From the IMG/VR virus record IMGVR_UViG_3300022752_000013: a DNA stretch of 64,000 nt. One strand, 5' to 3'. A model generated the notes under the pieces. The model did not search any database. It was not told the DNA's origin and saw nothing but the letters and a program-made list of their open reading frames with translations. The DNA comes from a virus. Lineage: Duplodnaviria; Caudoviricetes. Below, in pieces: positions 56,092 to 64,000 of this stretch (position 1 is its first letter; each line of letters opens with the position of its first letter). The position numbers and the translations under genes were made by a program.

Positions 56092-56942
56092 AAATCTCAC
56101 TGGTCAGTGACGTACATTTAGAATTTGGAGACTTGGACTTTGAAAATGATCAAGGTGCTGAAGTCTTGATTCTGTCTGGCGACATTTGCGTGGCTAAAGA
56201 CATTGCCCAACGTGATCCCTATGGCATCATGGGCCCAGGATATCGTAGCAATCGCTTTCATGATTTCTTTCAACGCTGTCATGACCGGTTTCCACATGTG
56301 ATCTACATTGTGGGCAATCATGAATACTACCATGGCGACTTTGCCACCGCTTTTGCACATCTCAAGGATGTGCTGGGCTACTTGCCCAACTTGCATATCC
56401 TGGAAAAAGAATCTATTACTATTGGTGACACCACATTCTTGTGTGGTACGCTGTGGACTGACATGAACCGTGAAGACCCGGATACCTTGTATCGCATTCG
56501 CAGTTACATGAATGATTTTAGAATCATCAAAGACAGTCGCCATCCTGTACACTTCAAGGACTCGGAAGGTCACAGGCACACACGTGATGGCAAATTCAGC
56601 CCCGAGGCAACGGTGGAAGAGCACCGGGCCATGTTGAAGTTTGTGAAGGAGTCAATTGAGGCCAATCCTGCAGGTAAGTATGTGGTAGTTGGTCATCATG
56701 CACCCAGCCGGGCGTCGACTCATGCACAGTACGCAGATCAAACCATGGTGAATGGTGCTTACAGTTCAGACCTGGATCAGTTTATTCTTGATCGTCCACA
56801 AATCAAACTATGGACACATGGACACACTCATCATGAGTTTGACTACATGATCGGCTCGTGCCGTGTGATGTGCAACCCACGTGGTTATGATGGCTATGAA
56901 CAACAGGCGGAACAATGGAAACTAAAAACAGTAGATATCTAA
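56088..56942 (+). CDS. Calcineurin-like metallophosphoesterase
   Basis: SDVH, GDI, GNHE, HHAP and HGHTH. Confidence 0.9.
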   Translation: MKISLVSDVHLEFGDLDFENDQGAEVLILSGDICVAKDIAQRDPYGIMGPGYRSNRFHDFFQRCHDRFPHVIYIVGNHEYYHGDFATAFAHLKDVLGYLPNLHILEKESITIGDTTFLCGTLWTDMNREDPDTLYRIRSYMNDFRIIKDSRHPVHFKDSEGHRHTRDGKFSPEATVEEHRAMLKFVKESIEANPAGKYVVVGHHAPSRASTHAQYADQTMVNGAYSSDLDQFILDRPQIKLWTHGHTHHEFDYMIGSCRVMCNPRGYDGYEQQAEQWKLKTVDI

Positions 56943-57121
56943 ACTGGTTGCGTTACAGTGGTGCCAGCATCATTGTAACGCTTAATCCCTTGCATTGGCG
57001 ATGGGTGCCTCAAGCACGTCGCGAACGCAATACAGAATGGCCCAGCCCCAATGAGGTCACTTACATGGTGAGTTGGTTGTTTGTGACCATACGTGGTTGG
57101 GTAGATGATGGTGATTGGTAG
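56915..57121 (+). CDS. Hypothetical protein
   Basis: 68 aa, Trp-rich. Confidence 0.6.
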   Translation: METKNSRYLNWLRYSGASIIVTLNPLHWRWVPQARRERNTEWPSPNEVTYMVSWLFVTIRGWVDDGDW

Positions 57122-57256
57122 TGCGAGATCTAGTGTCATACATAGTTTATGCCCTGATGTTTATAGTGGTATATAACCACAACTCTGTAATGGGCCCGGA
57201 CCGTGAACGTGCAGAACTGGCTCGGCTACGAGACTCAAGTGGATACTTAATACGAT

Positions 57257-57529
57257 ATGAACCAACAGACTAAACAACTAGCAGAACAAGCAGGCTTTGT
57301 TCTAGATGACTTGCCAGACTCGGTTCTACAGCCATTGGAGACGTTTGCTGATCTATTGAGAACTGCCAACACTCGTGAAGTGATTGCATTGTGTGCCAGC
57401 ACAATTAATAATAACATCAATGAGCAAAAGCAAAAAACAAAACATCGTTGGGAAATCGTAGAAGCCCTAGTGATCGTAACAGCATTGATAGCCTGGGCCA
57501 CCTGGTGGTACACTCAGTCACACACTTAA
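57257..57529 (+). CDS. Hypothetical protein with C-terminal TM helix
   Basis: MNQQTKQLAEQAGF leader. Confidence 0.65.
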   Translation: MNQQTKQLAEQAGFVLDDLPDSVLQPLETFADLLRTANTREVIALCASTINNNINEQKQKTKHRWEIVEALVIVTALIAWATWWYTQSHT

Positions 57530-57539
57530 AGGATAACAC

Positions 57540-58253
57540 ATGAAAGTATATATTGGTAAACCTCGAGATCACTGGATCTCACCTTACACCATGTTGGACT
57601 ATGCGTTCTGGTGGACTGATTGGTCACGGTGCAGTCGTGACCGGCGTATCCGCAGTCTTGAAGAAGAAAGCAAGTATGTGGAACATCCTGCCTGGGTAGA
57701 ACGTTGGAGCAACTACTTGACTCCTGTTAGTCGTGCTATTGCCTGGGTATTGGATCGTGTGCATCCGGCCATCAACCTTGTGAAGATTGACTACTGGGAT
57801 ACCTGGAGCATGGATCATACTCTGAGTCCCATTATCCTTCCCATGCTCCGGCAATTGAAAACAACTCAGCACGGTGCAGGATTTGTTGATGATACGGATG
57901 TGCCTGAAGAACTAAAATCAACGTCAGCACCCGCCAAAGAGAACGAGTGGGACACTGATGCCAATCACTTTGCTCGCTGGGAACATGTGCTGAACGAAAT
58001 GATCTTTGCATTTGAATGCAAAGTGGATGACTCATGGGAAGATGCGTTCCGTTCAGGAGAACATGACATGTTGTGGGTGCCTGTAGACGTACATGGCAAC
58101 GAAGTGCCTAAAGGTGAGCACCGGTACTATGAAATGAAAGACGGTCCCAAGAACACATACAAGTGCGATTACGAAGGAATGCGAGTGGTTGAAGCACGTA
58201 TTCAAAACGGTTTCCGTTTGTTCGGCAAATACTATCAAAATCTCTGGGACTAA
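57540..58253 (+). CDS. Conserved T4-like hypothetical protein
   Basis: WDTWSMDHTL...GFRLFGKYYQNLWD. Confidence 0.8.
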   Translation: MKVYIGKPRDHWISPYTMLDYAFWWTDWSRCSRDRRIRSLEEESKYVEHPAWVERWSNYLTPVSRAIAWVLDRVHPAINLVKIDYWDTWSMDHTLSPIILPMLRQLKTTQHGAGFVDDTDVPEELKSTSAPAKENEWDTDANHFARWEHVLNEMIFAFECKVDDSWEDAFRSGEHDMLWVPVDVHGNEVPKGEHRYYEMKDGPKNTYKCDYEGMRVVEARIQNGFRLFGKYYQNLWD

Positions 58254-58726
58254 TGGAAGAATCCAACTCCGCCAAGGGTAGAGACAGTTTTGATATTTCT
58301 ACCGGCAACACCTTGGTGCATTTCTTTAATCGTAATGTAACACCTTACGCCACTAGCACTCTGGGCCCGACATTTGATCTAGTGCCAGTAGAAAAACAAA
58401 AAGATCTCATGATCAACCATGCTAGGATGTATGCCCAGCAGGAATATAATCGCATTATGGAATTGGTGGCGGTATTACAACGACAAGCCGAGGATATCCG
58501 ACGTAGATTAGAAGTTACCGATATGGTCCACGGTGCTGAGTATCAGTTTCAAATTGTGATGGGCAACTGCTATTGGTTGGTATGGCACCGGAGATTTGAG
58601 AAAACTCTCTTGGTTGTGACTGGTCCGGATGAATGGAATACTGGTGTACCCGAAGATTATGAATACTTGACGCAGGTACGATACATGGGAGACCATACCT
58701 GGCTAGAGATTGACTCCAAATCCTAA
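58253..58726 (+). CDS. DUF2452-like protein
   Basis: AQQEYNRIME...GNCYWL. Confidence 0.65.
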   Translation: MEESNSAKGRDSFDISTGNTLVHFFNRNVTPYATSTLGPTFDLVPVEKQKDLMINHARMYAQQEYNRIMELVAVLQRQAEDIRRRLEVTDMVHGAEYQFQIVMGNCYWLVWHRRFEKTLLVVTGPDEWNTGVPEDYEYLTQVRYMGDHTWLEIDSKS

Positions 58727-58738
58727 ATGTGCTACAAT
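58710..58738 (+). promoter_or_regulatory. Sigma70-type early promoter
   Basis: TTGACT-N17-TACAAT. Confidence 0.8.
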
Positions 58739-58743
58739 AAATC

Positions 58744-58920
58744 ATGACTACCATAACTGTTGAAGGTGTTGATCGAGCAATTAATGCTGGTGCCTGGCTT
58801 GAAGAACAATGCATAAAGTATGAACTGTTTGGCATTGGACTATTGTCCTCTGATCCCAAATATCAGTTTAAATTTGCCAGCGCCCAGGACGCAACACACT
58901 TTGCACTACGATGGCGATAA
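58744..58920 (+). CDS. F...W family small protein (58 aa, not in ORF track)
   Basis: YQFKFASAQDATHFALRWR. Confidence 0.65.
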   Translation: MTTITVEGVDRAINAGAWLEEQCIKYELFGIGLLSSDPKYQFKFASAQDATHFALRWR

Positions 58921-58923
58921 GAT

Positions 58924-59154
58924 ATGTTCGAGCATGAGATACGTATAGAAAATGCTGGTCCTGACGACGGCATATACTGGAGCCATGAACTGCAAGTGAC
59001 CGGCCTGATTCAAGATCAAGACTATGTGTGGCAATACATGCCGGCTTGGGACGACAATTTTGGATCCGACAATTCATCGCCTCGAGCCGTGGTGTTTGCG
59101 TTTAGCAATCCTGCCCTGGCAACCTTTTATCAATTGAAATGGCAACGTTGCTAA
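58924..59154 (+). CDS. F...W family small protein
   Basis: VFAFSNPALATFYQLKW. Confidence 0.7.
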   Translation: MFEHEIRIENAGPDDGIYWSHELQVTGLIQDQDYVWQYMPAWDDNFGSDNSSPRAVVFAFSNPALATFYQLKWQRC

Positions 59155-59372
59155 TGAAACAACACATGCTACCCGAAACTGCTCGAATGTTTGACCAGTG
59201 TGTACATTGTGTGACACCACGAAAAGATGCATACGGACCAGATATCATGCGTTGGCTTACTGAAAATATAATCAAAACTGAAGCAGGATTCAGGCCTTGG
59301 ACTAGAACAGATCGAGAATTCCGATTCATGCACGAACGTGATGCTGTGGTGTTTGCACTCAAATGGTCATGA
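59139..59372 (+). CDS. F...W family small protein
   Basis: FRFMHERDAVVFALKWS. Confidence 0.7.
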   Translation: MATLLMKQHMLPETARMFDQCVHCVTPRKDAYGPDIMRWLTENIIKTEAGFRPWTRTDREFRFMHERDAVVFALKWS

Positions 59373-59560
59373 CTCATACAGTAAGAATACCCTGGCGAAA
59401 GGGCGACACGATTTCTAAATGGGACGAAGTATGTGTTTGGGTAATTGAAGAATTTGGCTTGCCTGGTGAACGTTATTCAACACACCCTAAACACGATGCT
59501 ATGTTTTTTGTTTTCCAGGACAGCCGGGACGCTATATACTTCAAACTCCGATGGCTATAA
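59369..59560 (+). CDS. F...W family small protein
   Basis: FVFQDSRDAIYFKLRWL. Confidence 0.7.
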   Translation: MTHTVRIPWRKGDTISKWDEVCVWVIEEFGLPGERYSTHPKHDAMFFVFQDSRDAIYFKLRWL

Positions 59561-59787
59561 AAACTGCTGAAGACACAATACGATTGGGCGACAGTTTCAG
59601 TCATGCCTGTAGAATTCAAAAAAACTACGGTGTGTTGGAACAAATACTAGCATGGTCAAAAGAGAGTTTGACAGCAGAATGGCGTTGGCAACTGGTCAGT
59701 GTAAGTTCAGATATCCGCCCAGGAGATTACATTTTCTACTTTGATAGTGAGCGTGACTATCTAGCATTTGTTATGAAATGGTTATAA
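59551..59787 (+). CDS. F...W family small protein
   Basis: FYFDSERDYLAFVMKWL. Confidence 0.7.
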   Translation: MAIKTAEDTIRLGDSFSHACRIQKNYGVLEQILAWSKESLTAEWRWQLVSVSSDIRPGDYIFYFDSERDYLAFVMKWL

Positions 59788-60083
59788 GTAAAATTATGCA
59801 CACACCTCAAGAACGAGACAAAAGAAATCTACGTATTCAACGTGACGAAAATGCCATTCGAAAACAAGCCAAGATTGCCCGGGCACATGGCATGGATGTA
59901 AAAGAGCCACACAAGTTTGTCAAGCATCATGCCATGGACTGTGGACAACCAGGTTGTGTCCTGTGTGGTAATCCAAGAAAAACATTTAGTGAATTGACCA
60001 CACAAGAAAAACGCCTGTTCCAGGATGTAGAACAGCCGCGTGACAAACATTCAAACGGCTTGCCCCGGGATCAAAATGATTGA
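59778..60083 (+). CDS. Basic Cys/His protein (possible Zn-binding)
   Basis: KHHAMDCGQPGCVLCGNPRK. Confidence 0.7.
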   Translation: MVISKIMHTPQERDKRNLRIQRDENAIRKQAKIARAHGMDVKEPHKFVKHHAMDCGQPGCVLCGNPRKTFSELTTQEKRLFQDVEQPRDKHSNGLPRDQND

Positions 60084-60285
60084 TTTTGACATAACCATGC
60101 AACGTATTAAGAACTTGGCTGAGTACGAAGTTCAAGTCACTGTGCCTGAAACATTTAGTTTTCGCGGCCAAGTGCCTTGGGACATGCAGATCCTGGGCAA
60201 CCAGGCCTTTGTGACAGTTATCGCAGCCAGCCTTACTGAGGCTCGAAGCAGAGTAGAAGAATATTTTAATTTCAAGGAAGAATAA
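60076..60285 (+). CDS. Hypothetical protein
   Basis: 69 aa from ATG 60076. Confidence 0.6.
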   Translation: MIDFDITMQRIKNLAEYEVQVTVPETFSFRGQVPWDMQILGNQAFVTVIAASLTEARSRVEEYFNFKEE

Positions 60286-60286
60286 T

Positions 60287-60532
60287 ATGGACATGGATCA
60301 ATCGGCAGTATTTTTGGCCGGAAGTATTTTAACAGCACTAGGATTTGTTGTGTTTGTTATTGCTATTGTCATAGTCAACAACATCATACATCGTTGGTGG
60401 AAGCCATTGGGTTGGACATTTGGATGGATAGCCGCACCCACAAGATTTGCCACACCGGAAGAACTGGAACAACCTCCAAAAATAGAACCTGTAATCGATA
60501 AAAAAGATGAACCGAAAGCAAAAACTAATTGA
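60287..60532 (+). CDS. Small membrane protein
   Basis: TM helix; AAGGA RBS. Confidence 0.65.
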   Translation: MDMDQSAVFLAGSILTALGFVVFVIAIVIVNNIIHRWWKPLGWTFGWIAAPTRFATPEELEQPPKIEPVIDKKDEPKAKTN

Positions 60533-60719
60533 GCAGGCAGGCTTTAGTAAGACCTTTGAAGCAGATCGACTGAATCACTTGATTGATCTTACTGTAAACC
60601 AATGCATTGTTGCTATCACCAACTCTTCACGAGATCACTGTCCCACAACCTATGATCAGGACCAATGGGCCAGCACCATCGAACGGTGCGTTCAAAGTGT
60701 AAAACAACAGTTTCGGTAA
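60507..60719 (+). CDS. Hypothetical protein
   Basis: MNRKQKLIEQAGF leader. Confidence 0.6.
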   Translation: MNRKQKLIEQAGFSKTFEADRLNHLIDLTVNQCIVAITNSSRDHCPTTYDQDQWASTIERCVQSVKQQFR

Positions 60720-60721
60720 GA

Positions 60722-60750
60722 TTGACAACTTAATCCTGTGGTGTTATACT
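60722..60750 (+). promoter_or_regulatory. Sigma70-type early promoter
   Basis: TTGACA-N17-TATACT. Confidence 0.85.
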
Positions 60751-60769
60751 ATGATCAAAGGAGCAGGTT

Positions 60770-61105
60770 ATGGGCACAAGTACTTTTGTGGTGGTATGGG
60801 ACAATACTGGTTTGGAATATGTGGGCAACGTCACTGAGGACGAGCAACGCCGTGTGTGGGGTGAACTCAACGGCAAGCCTGTGTCGAGCCAACTGCCCAA
60901 CGTAAACCATCTTGTGCTCAGGGCTAGATACAACAGCCAACGTCATTATGAAATCTATTTGATAGCGGCCACAGATGGAATAACTACAAATGACATACGT
61001 AATATGTTTGAGGCTTCTCCCCAAACAGCCGCGGACACCATACGTAGACTTGGTCACTGTTACTACAGTGGCCGAGCAGATACAAGTAAAATACTAATTA
61101 CATAA
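60770..61105 (+). CDS. Hypothetical protein
   Basis: AAGGAG RBS; LRARYNSQRHYEIY. Confidence 0.75.
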   Translation: MGTSTFVVVWDNTGLEYVGNVTEDEQRRVWGELNGKPVSSQLPNVNHLVLRARYNSQRHYEIYLIAATDGITTNDIRNMFEASPQTAADTIRRLGHCYYSGRADTSKILIT

Positions 61106-61111
61106 ATCAAA

Positions 61112-61756
61112 ATGGCAACTCTACAACAAGTTTGTGATTATAATCGGGCTCAGGTAAATTGGATCAAACTGTATTCAATGATCGATACTCTCGGCACAAC
61201 CATGAACGGAAAAAAAGATCGGTTTGACAAAAGCGATCTCATTGAGATGGGCATGGACATCTATAGTAATGGAGGAATCAAACTTGTAAATCTTGATGGT
61301 GTGGACCACGAACTGGTAAACTTGCCAAGCGCAAAAGGCCTACCAACCACACAGGAAATGAAGTTTGATAGCAAACTTTTTTACAAAATGATTAGTGTCC
61401 AACGTGCCAATCGACGTCGAGGAATCGAAGGCCGGAAAGAATTGCAACGATCAAATGATCCTGTCACGCTAAAATTGGTCAACACACAGGGAGAGAACAA
61501 TTACACTGAGTTGCCAGATACATACGCAGAATTTTTACTAGCGGCAGACAACCATAGTGCTCATGTGATCGAGGTTGCCACATTGAAGCCGTATTTGAAA
61601 TTTCCTAATGATGGAATCACAGCAGTCAACGTTCCATCAAACTTGTTTATGCAGGTGGTTGGCCCAGACGATATCACTGCCAGGCAGCCCCTGGCAAATT
61701 TCAACTACAAACAAGAGAAGTTGGCATTTCAAAGAAACTTTTTAAACAAGTTCTAA
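61112..61756 (+). CDS. Hypothetical protein, possible PD-(D/E)XK nuclease
   Basis: E-(n)-GVD-(n)-QEMK arrangement. Confidence 0.45.
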   Translation: MATLQQVCDYNRAQVNWIKLYSMIDTLGTTMNGKKDRFDKSDLIEMGMDIYSNGGIKLVNLDGVDHELVNLPSAKGLPTTQEMKFDSKLFYKMISVQRANRRRGIEGRKELQRSNDPVTLKLVNTQGENNYTELPDTYAEFLLAADNHSAHVIEVATLKPYLKFPNDGITAVNVPSNLFMQVVGPDDITARQPLANFNYKQEKLAFQRNFLNKF

Positions 61757-61757
61757 A

Positions 61758-61775
61758 GTAGTACTTTAGTATTAG
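61758..61775. promoter_or_regulatory. Palindromic operator abutting the -35 element
   Basis: GTAGTAC-TTTA-GTATTAG. Confidence 0.65.
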
Positions 61776-61776
61776 A

Positions 61777-61805
61777 TTGACAACGACCGAGTTTTGCTAT
61801 ATAAT
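61777..61805 (+). promoter_or_regulatory. Sigma70-type early promoter
   Basis: TTGACA-N17-TATAAT. Confidence 0.9.
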
Positions 61806-61880
61806 AGAAACTGTTGGGTAGGCATAGTGCCTACTAACACTTAACCAATCCTGTATTGTACAGGTAAAGAAGGAAAAATT

Positions 61881-62933
61881 ATGGCACAGAAACGCCTCAC
61901 ACGTAAACTTACGGATGTGATTGCTGAAGTTGAAACTCAACTACGAGCACACTACGGTGTAACCCAAAAAGATCTCGATGCATGGCGAGTCCGTGCAAAG
62001 GCTTTATCACACCGATTTCCCACTAGTTCAATGATTGCTATTGAAGACCTTTGGATTGATTATGAAGTCCAACGTGATGTCTTGCACAAGCACATTATTA
62101 ATATCATTCGGAAATGGGATCCACGCATTTGTAGTCCTGGTTCTGCTTGCCGCTTTGGCGGAAAACCTCCGATCTATTTGTATGATGCACAACACCGTAC
62201 CATTGCGGCCGGACTGCTAGGCTATACTGAAATTCCGTGTGCTGTAGTAGAAACAGATGAACTTAATTTTGCAAGTTATGCATTTGAACTGCTCAATGAC
62301 ACAGGCGTCAAACGATTAACTCCGGGGGATTTGCATCGCAATGCCTTGGTGCGTTTTAAAAATGGCAGCGGTGATAAGAAAGTTGTGGATGCCCGCACCA
62401 TGCAGGATCAATTTGATACCGCAGGTATTGACTTGCAAGACAAAGGATCACGTGCGTCAGACAACTTGCGTGGTGACAATGATTACTTCTTTAGTCACTT
62501 TAAGTATGCACAAAAAGGCATTGAGATTGATGACAGTGGCAAAATACTTTTAGAAATTTTAACTGCAATCAAAGACACGTTTCCACTGCAAGAAGAAATT
62601 GATCAAGGTTGCTACATTGGATTATACGAACTGCATCGTATCTCGAGCAATAGTGCCAACAGCAAACTACCAACAGGATGGATGAAGGCAGTACTTGAAG
62701 CAATCAAGCCCACGTTCAAGAGTTCCTCATTGATACATACCAAGGCTAAAATACAATGGGATTATGTAAACCCTGGTGCTACTTGGTCAGCCCCTAGTGC
62801 TATGTCTAACTTTTTACGTGAGTTATACATCCGTAATAGTGGCAAGATTAATTTACCATACCACGGTGAAGGTGCCAAGATGGGTATCGAAGAAGGCAAC
62901 ATTGCCCCAGGCTTGTTTCCTGAAGGAGCATAA
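61881..62933 (+). CDS. ParB/Srx-like domain protein
   Basis: IDYEVQRDV and YLYDAQHRTIAA (ParB-like DGQHR variant). Confidence 0.65.
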   Translation: MAQKRLTRKLTDVIAEVETQLRAHYGVTQKDLDAWRVRAKALSHRFPTSSMIAIEDLWIDYEVQRDVLHKHIINIIRKWDPRICSPGSACRFGGKPPIYLYDAQHRTIAAGLLGYTEIPCAVVETDELNFASYAFELLNDTGVKRLTPGDLHRNALVRFKNGSGDKKVVDARTMQDQFDTAGIDLQDKGSRASDNLRGDNDYFFSHFKYAQKGIEIDDSGKILLEILTAIKDTFPLQEEIDQGCYIGLYELHRISSNSANSKLPTGWMKAVLEAIKPTFKSSSLIHTKAKIQWDYVNPGATWSAPSAMSNFLRELYIRNSGKINLPYHGEGAKMGIEEGNIAPGLFPEGA

Positions 62934-62934
62934 A

Positions 62935-63399
62935 ATGAATTTCATGATTGAAAATTTATTGGGTAAGCAAGCAGATAAAAAGGTTACCTTTGCTCAGGCA
63001 TTTAAAACTTTGCTAGATATGGACTTGATCAACATTGGCGAAGTAGGCGAGCAGACTATTAGTAATGCCAGTGGTGTTGAAAGATGTCCTCGCAATACCG
63101 CTAAAATTGATTTAGTATCAGGTGTGCAAATTAAAACCGCACAAACCCATCCTGACAAAGAAAAATTGCAGGCGTATTTTGCACCAGGTAACACCAACGC
63201 CCCAATATTGTTAATGGTAATAGAAAGATTAACTGGAAAAGAGTACTTTTTCTTTTTTCAATATAAAGATTACAAAAATACAATCGGTTCTAGTGTTTGT
63301 CTACCGTTTTTCTTGGATGGAACCCCACGTCGATCTAACAGTTGGTGGGATTACGAAATTACATTCGATGAACTTTGTAAGTTAGCAAAAAATGATTAA
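62935..63399 (+). CDS. Possible PD-(D/E)XK endonuclease-like protein
   Basis: EVGE...KIDLVSGVQIKTA; AAGGAG RBS. Confidence 0.45.
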   Translation: MNFMIENLLGKQADKKVTFAQAFKTLLDMDLINIGEVGEQTISNASGVERCPRNTAKIDLVSGVQIKTAQTHPDKEKLQAYFAPGNTNAPILLMVIERLTGKEYFFFFQYKDYKNTIGSSVCLPFFLDGTPRRSNSWWDYEITFDELCKLAKND

Positions 63400-63955
63400 T
63401 CTTAAAGAATCCTTAGACCAATTCACAGCACCGGTGTACGGCAAAACCAAACGCACCGCTGACACTTATCAGACGGTAGCCGACTATTGTCGCCGCAACT
63501 TGGTTCGCTTGGTTGCTGACTATCATGCCGTTCAAAACGATCAACAACTGCTGAGAGAGATCCGCAACGACATTGACACATATCTACGCAGGTATCACGA
63601 GTACTGTATCCAACAACGTGATGGTATGAAAGCACACTACCACGAAATTGGAGCGGATGAAGAATGTGATTTTGAGCATTTGATTCCAGCGGCTCGTATT
63701 CGTGACTTGCTTTTGGCCAGTGCCATTTCTGTAGAGCAGGCTCTCAATGCACCAACTGTGAGGTTGAGTCGTTCCAAACACATGGCTCTTAAGGAAGCAG
63801 GTTGGGCCAGTACCACTCCAGACATGTGGCAACCGTTTAGGCGTTACACTCAAGTGTTTGACGCTAAGTACGAAACACATGATGGAACACCAATTGACCC
63901 CGAAACTTGGACCTTGCAACAGCACTTTGACTATTTCAAGCATCTTGTGCTTTAA
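63392..63955 (+). CDS. Hypothetical protein with HNH-like EHxxP motif
   Basis: CDFEHLIPAARIRD. Confidence 0.5.
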   Translation: MINLKESLDQFTAPVYGKTKRTADTYQTVADYCRRNLVRLVADYHAVQNDQQLLREIRNDIDTYLRRYHEYCIQQRDGMKAHYHEIGADEECDFEHLIPAARIRDLLLASAISVEQALNAPTVRLSRSKHMALKEAGWASTTPDMWQPFRRYTQVFDAKYETHDGTPIDPETWTLQQHFDYFKHLVL

Positions 63956-63959
63956 AAAA

Positions 63960-63977
63960 GTAATACTCAAGTACTAC
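63960..63977. promoter_or_regulatory. Palindromic operator, followed by TTGACC at 63989 (promoter runs off the window)
   Basis: GTAATAC-TCAA-GTACTAC. Confidence 0.75.
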
Positions 63978-64000
63978 TTTTTGCCCGGTTGACCAATATC

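Noticed and set aside
1624-63970. Numerous 60-170 aa antisense or alternate-frame ORFs in the track
   Set aside because: They lie within well-supported genes, lack an RBS and show no recognisable motifs, so they are treated as shadow ORFs.

Overview
This window is 64 kb of a large, T4-like (jumbo-type) lytic phage genome. The host is probably a Gram-negative freshwater proteobacterium; this is inferred from phasin-like and DUF3563-like genes, lipoproteins and an outer-membrane protein. Genes are densely packed and mostly on the + strand. There are two promoter classes: at least 15 sigma70-type TTGAC-N17-TA(T/C)A(A/C)T sites and many T4-late-like TAAATA sites. Gene content includes class Ia ribonucleotide reductase (nrdA split into two genes, nrdB, glutaredoxin), an HNH homing endonuclease, DNA ligase, the UV endonuclease UvsE, PAAR and other virion proteins, ClpX, ClpS and two ClpP proteins, ribosomal protein bS21, Hsp20, a large glycan-modification gene set and many small hypothetical proteins. 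Seven observations stand out. (1) nrdA is split inside the active-site region, and the two halves carry oppositely charged tails, with two cargo genes and no intein or intron in the gap. (2) A plcP plus GT4 glycosyltransferase lipid-remodelling pair is preceded by three Pho-box-like tandem repeats and a small terminated RNA. (3) A palindromic operator, GTARTAC-N4-GTAYTAC, sits in helical phase upstream of six early promoters. (4) Two ROSE-like RNA thermometers are present. (5) There is a candidate ~160-nt structured ncRNA. (6) A tandem family of small F-x-F...L-K-W proteins is present. (7) A ParB/nuclease cassette lies at the right end. No tRNA, rRNA or CRISPR array was recognised. All family assignments come from motif recognition by eye, not database searches.
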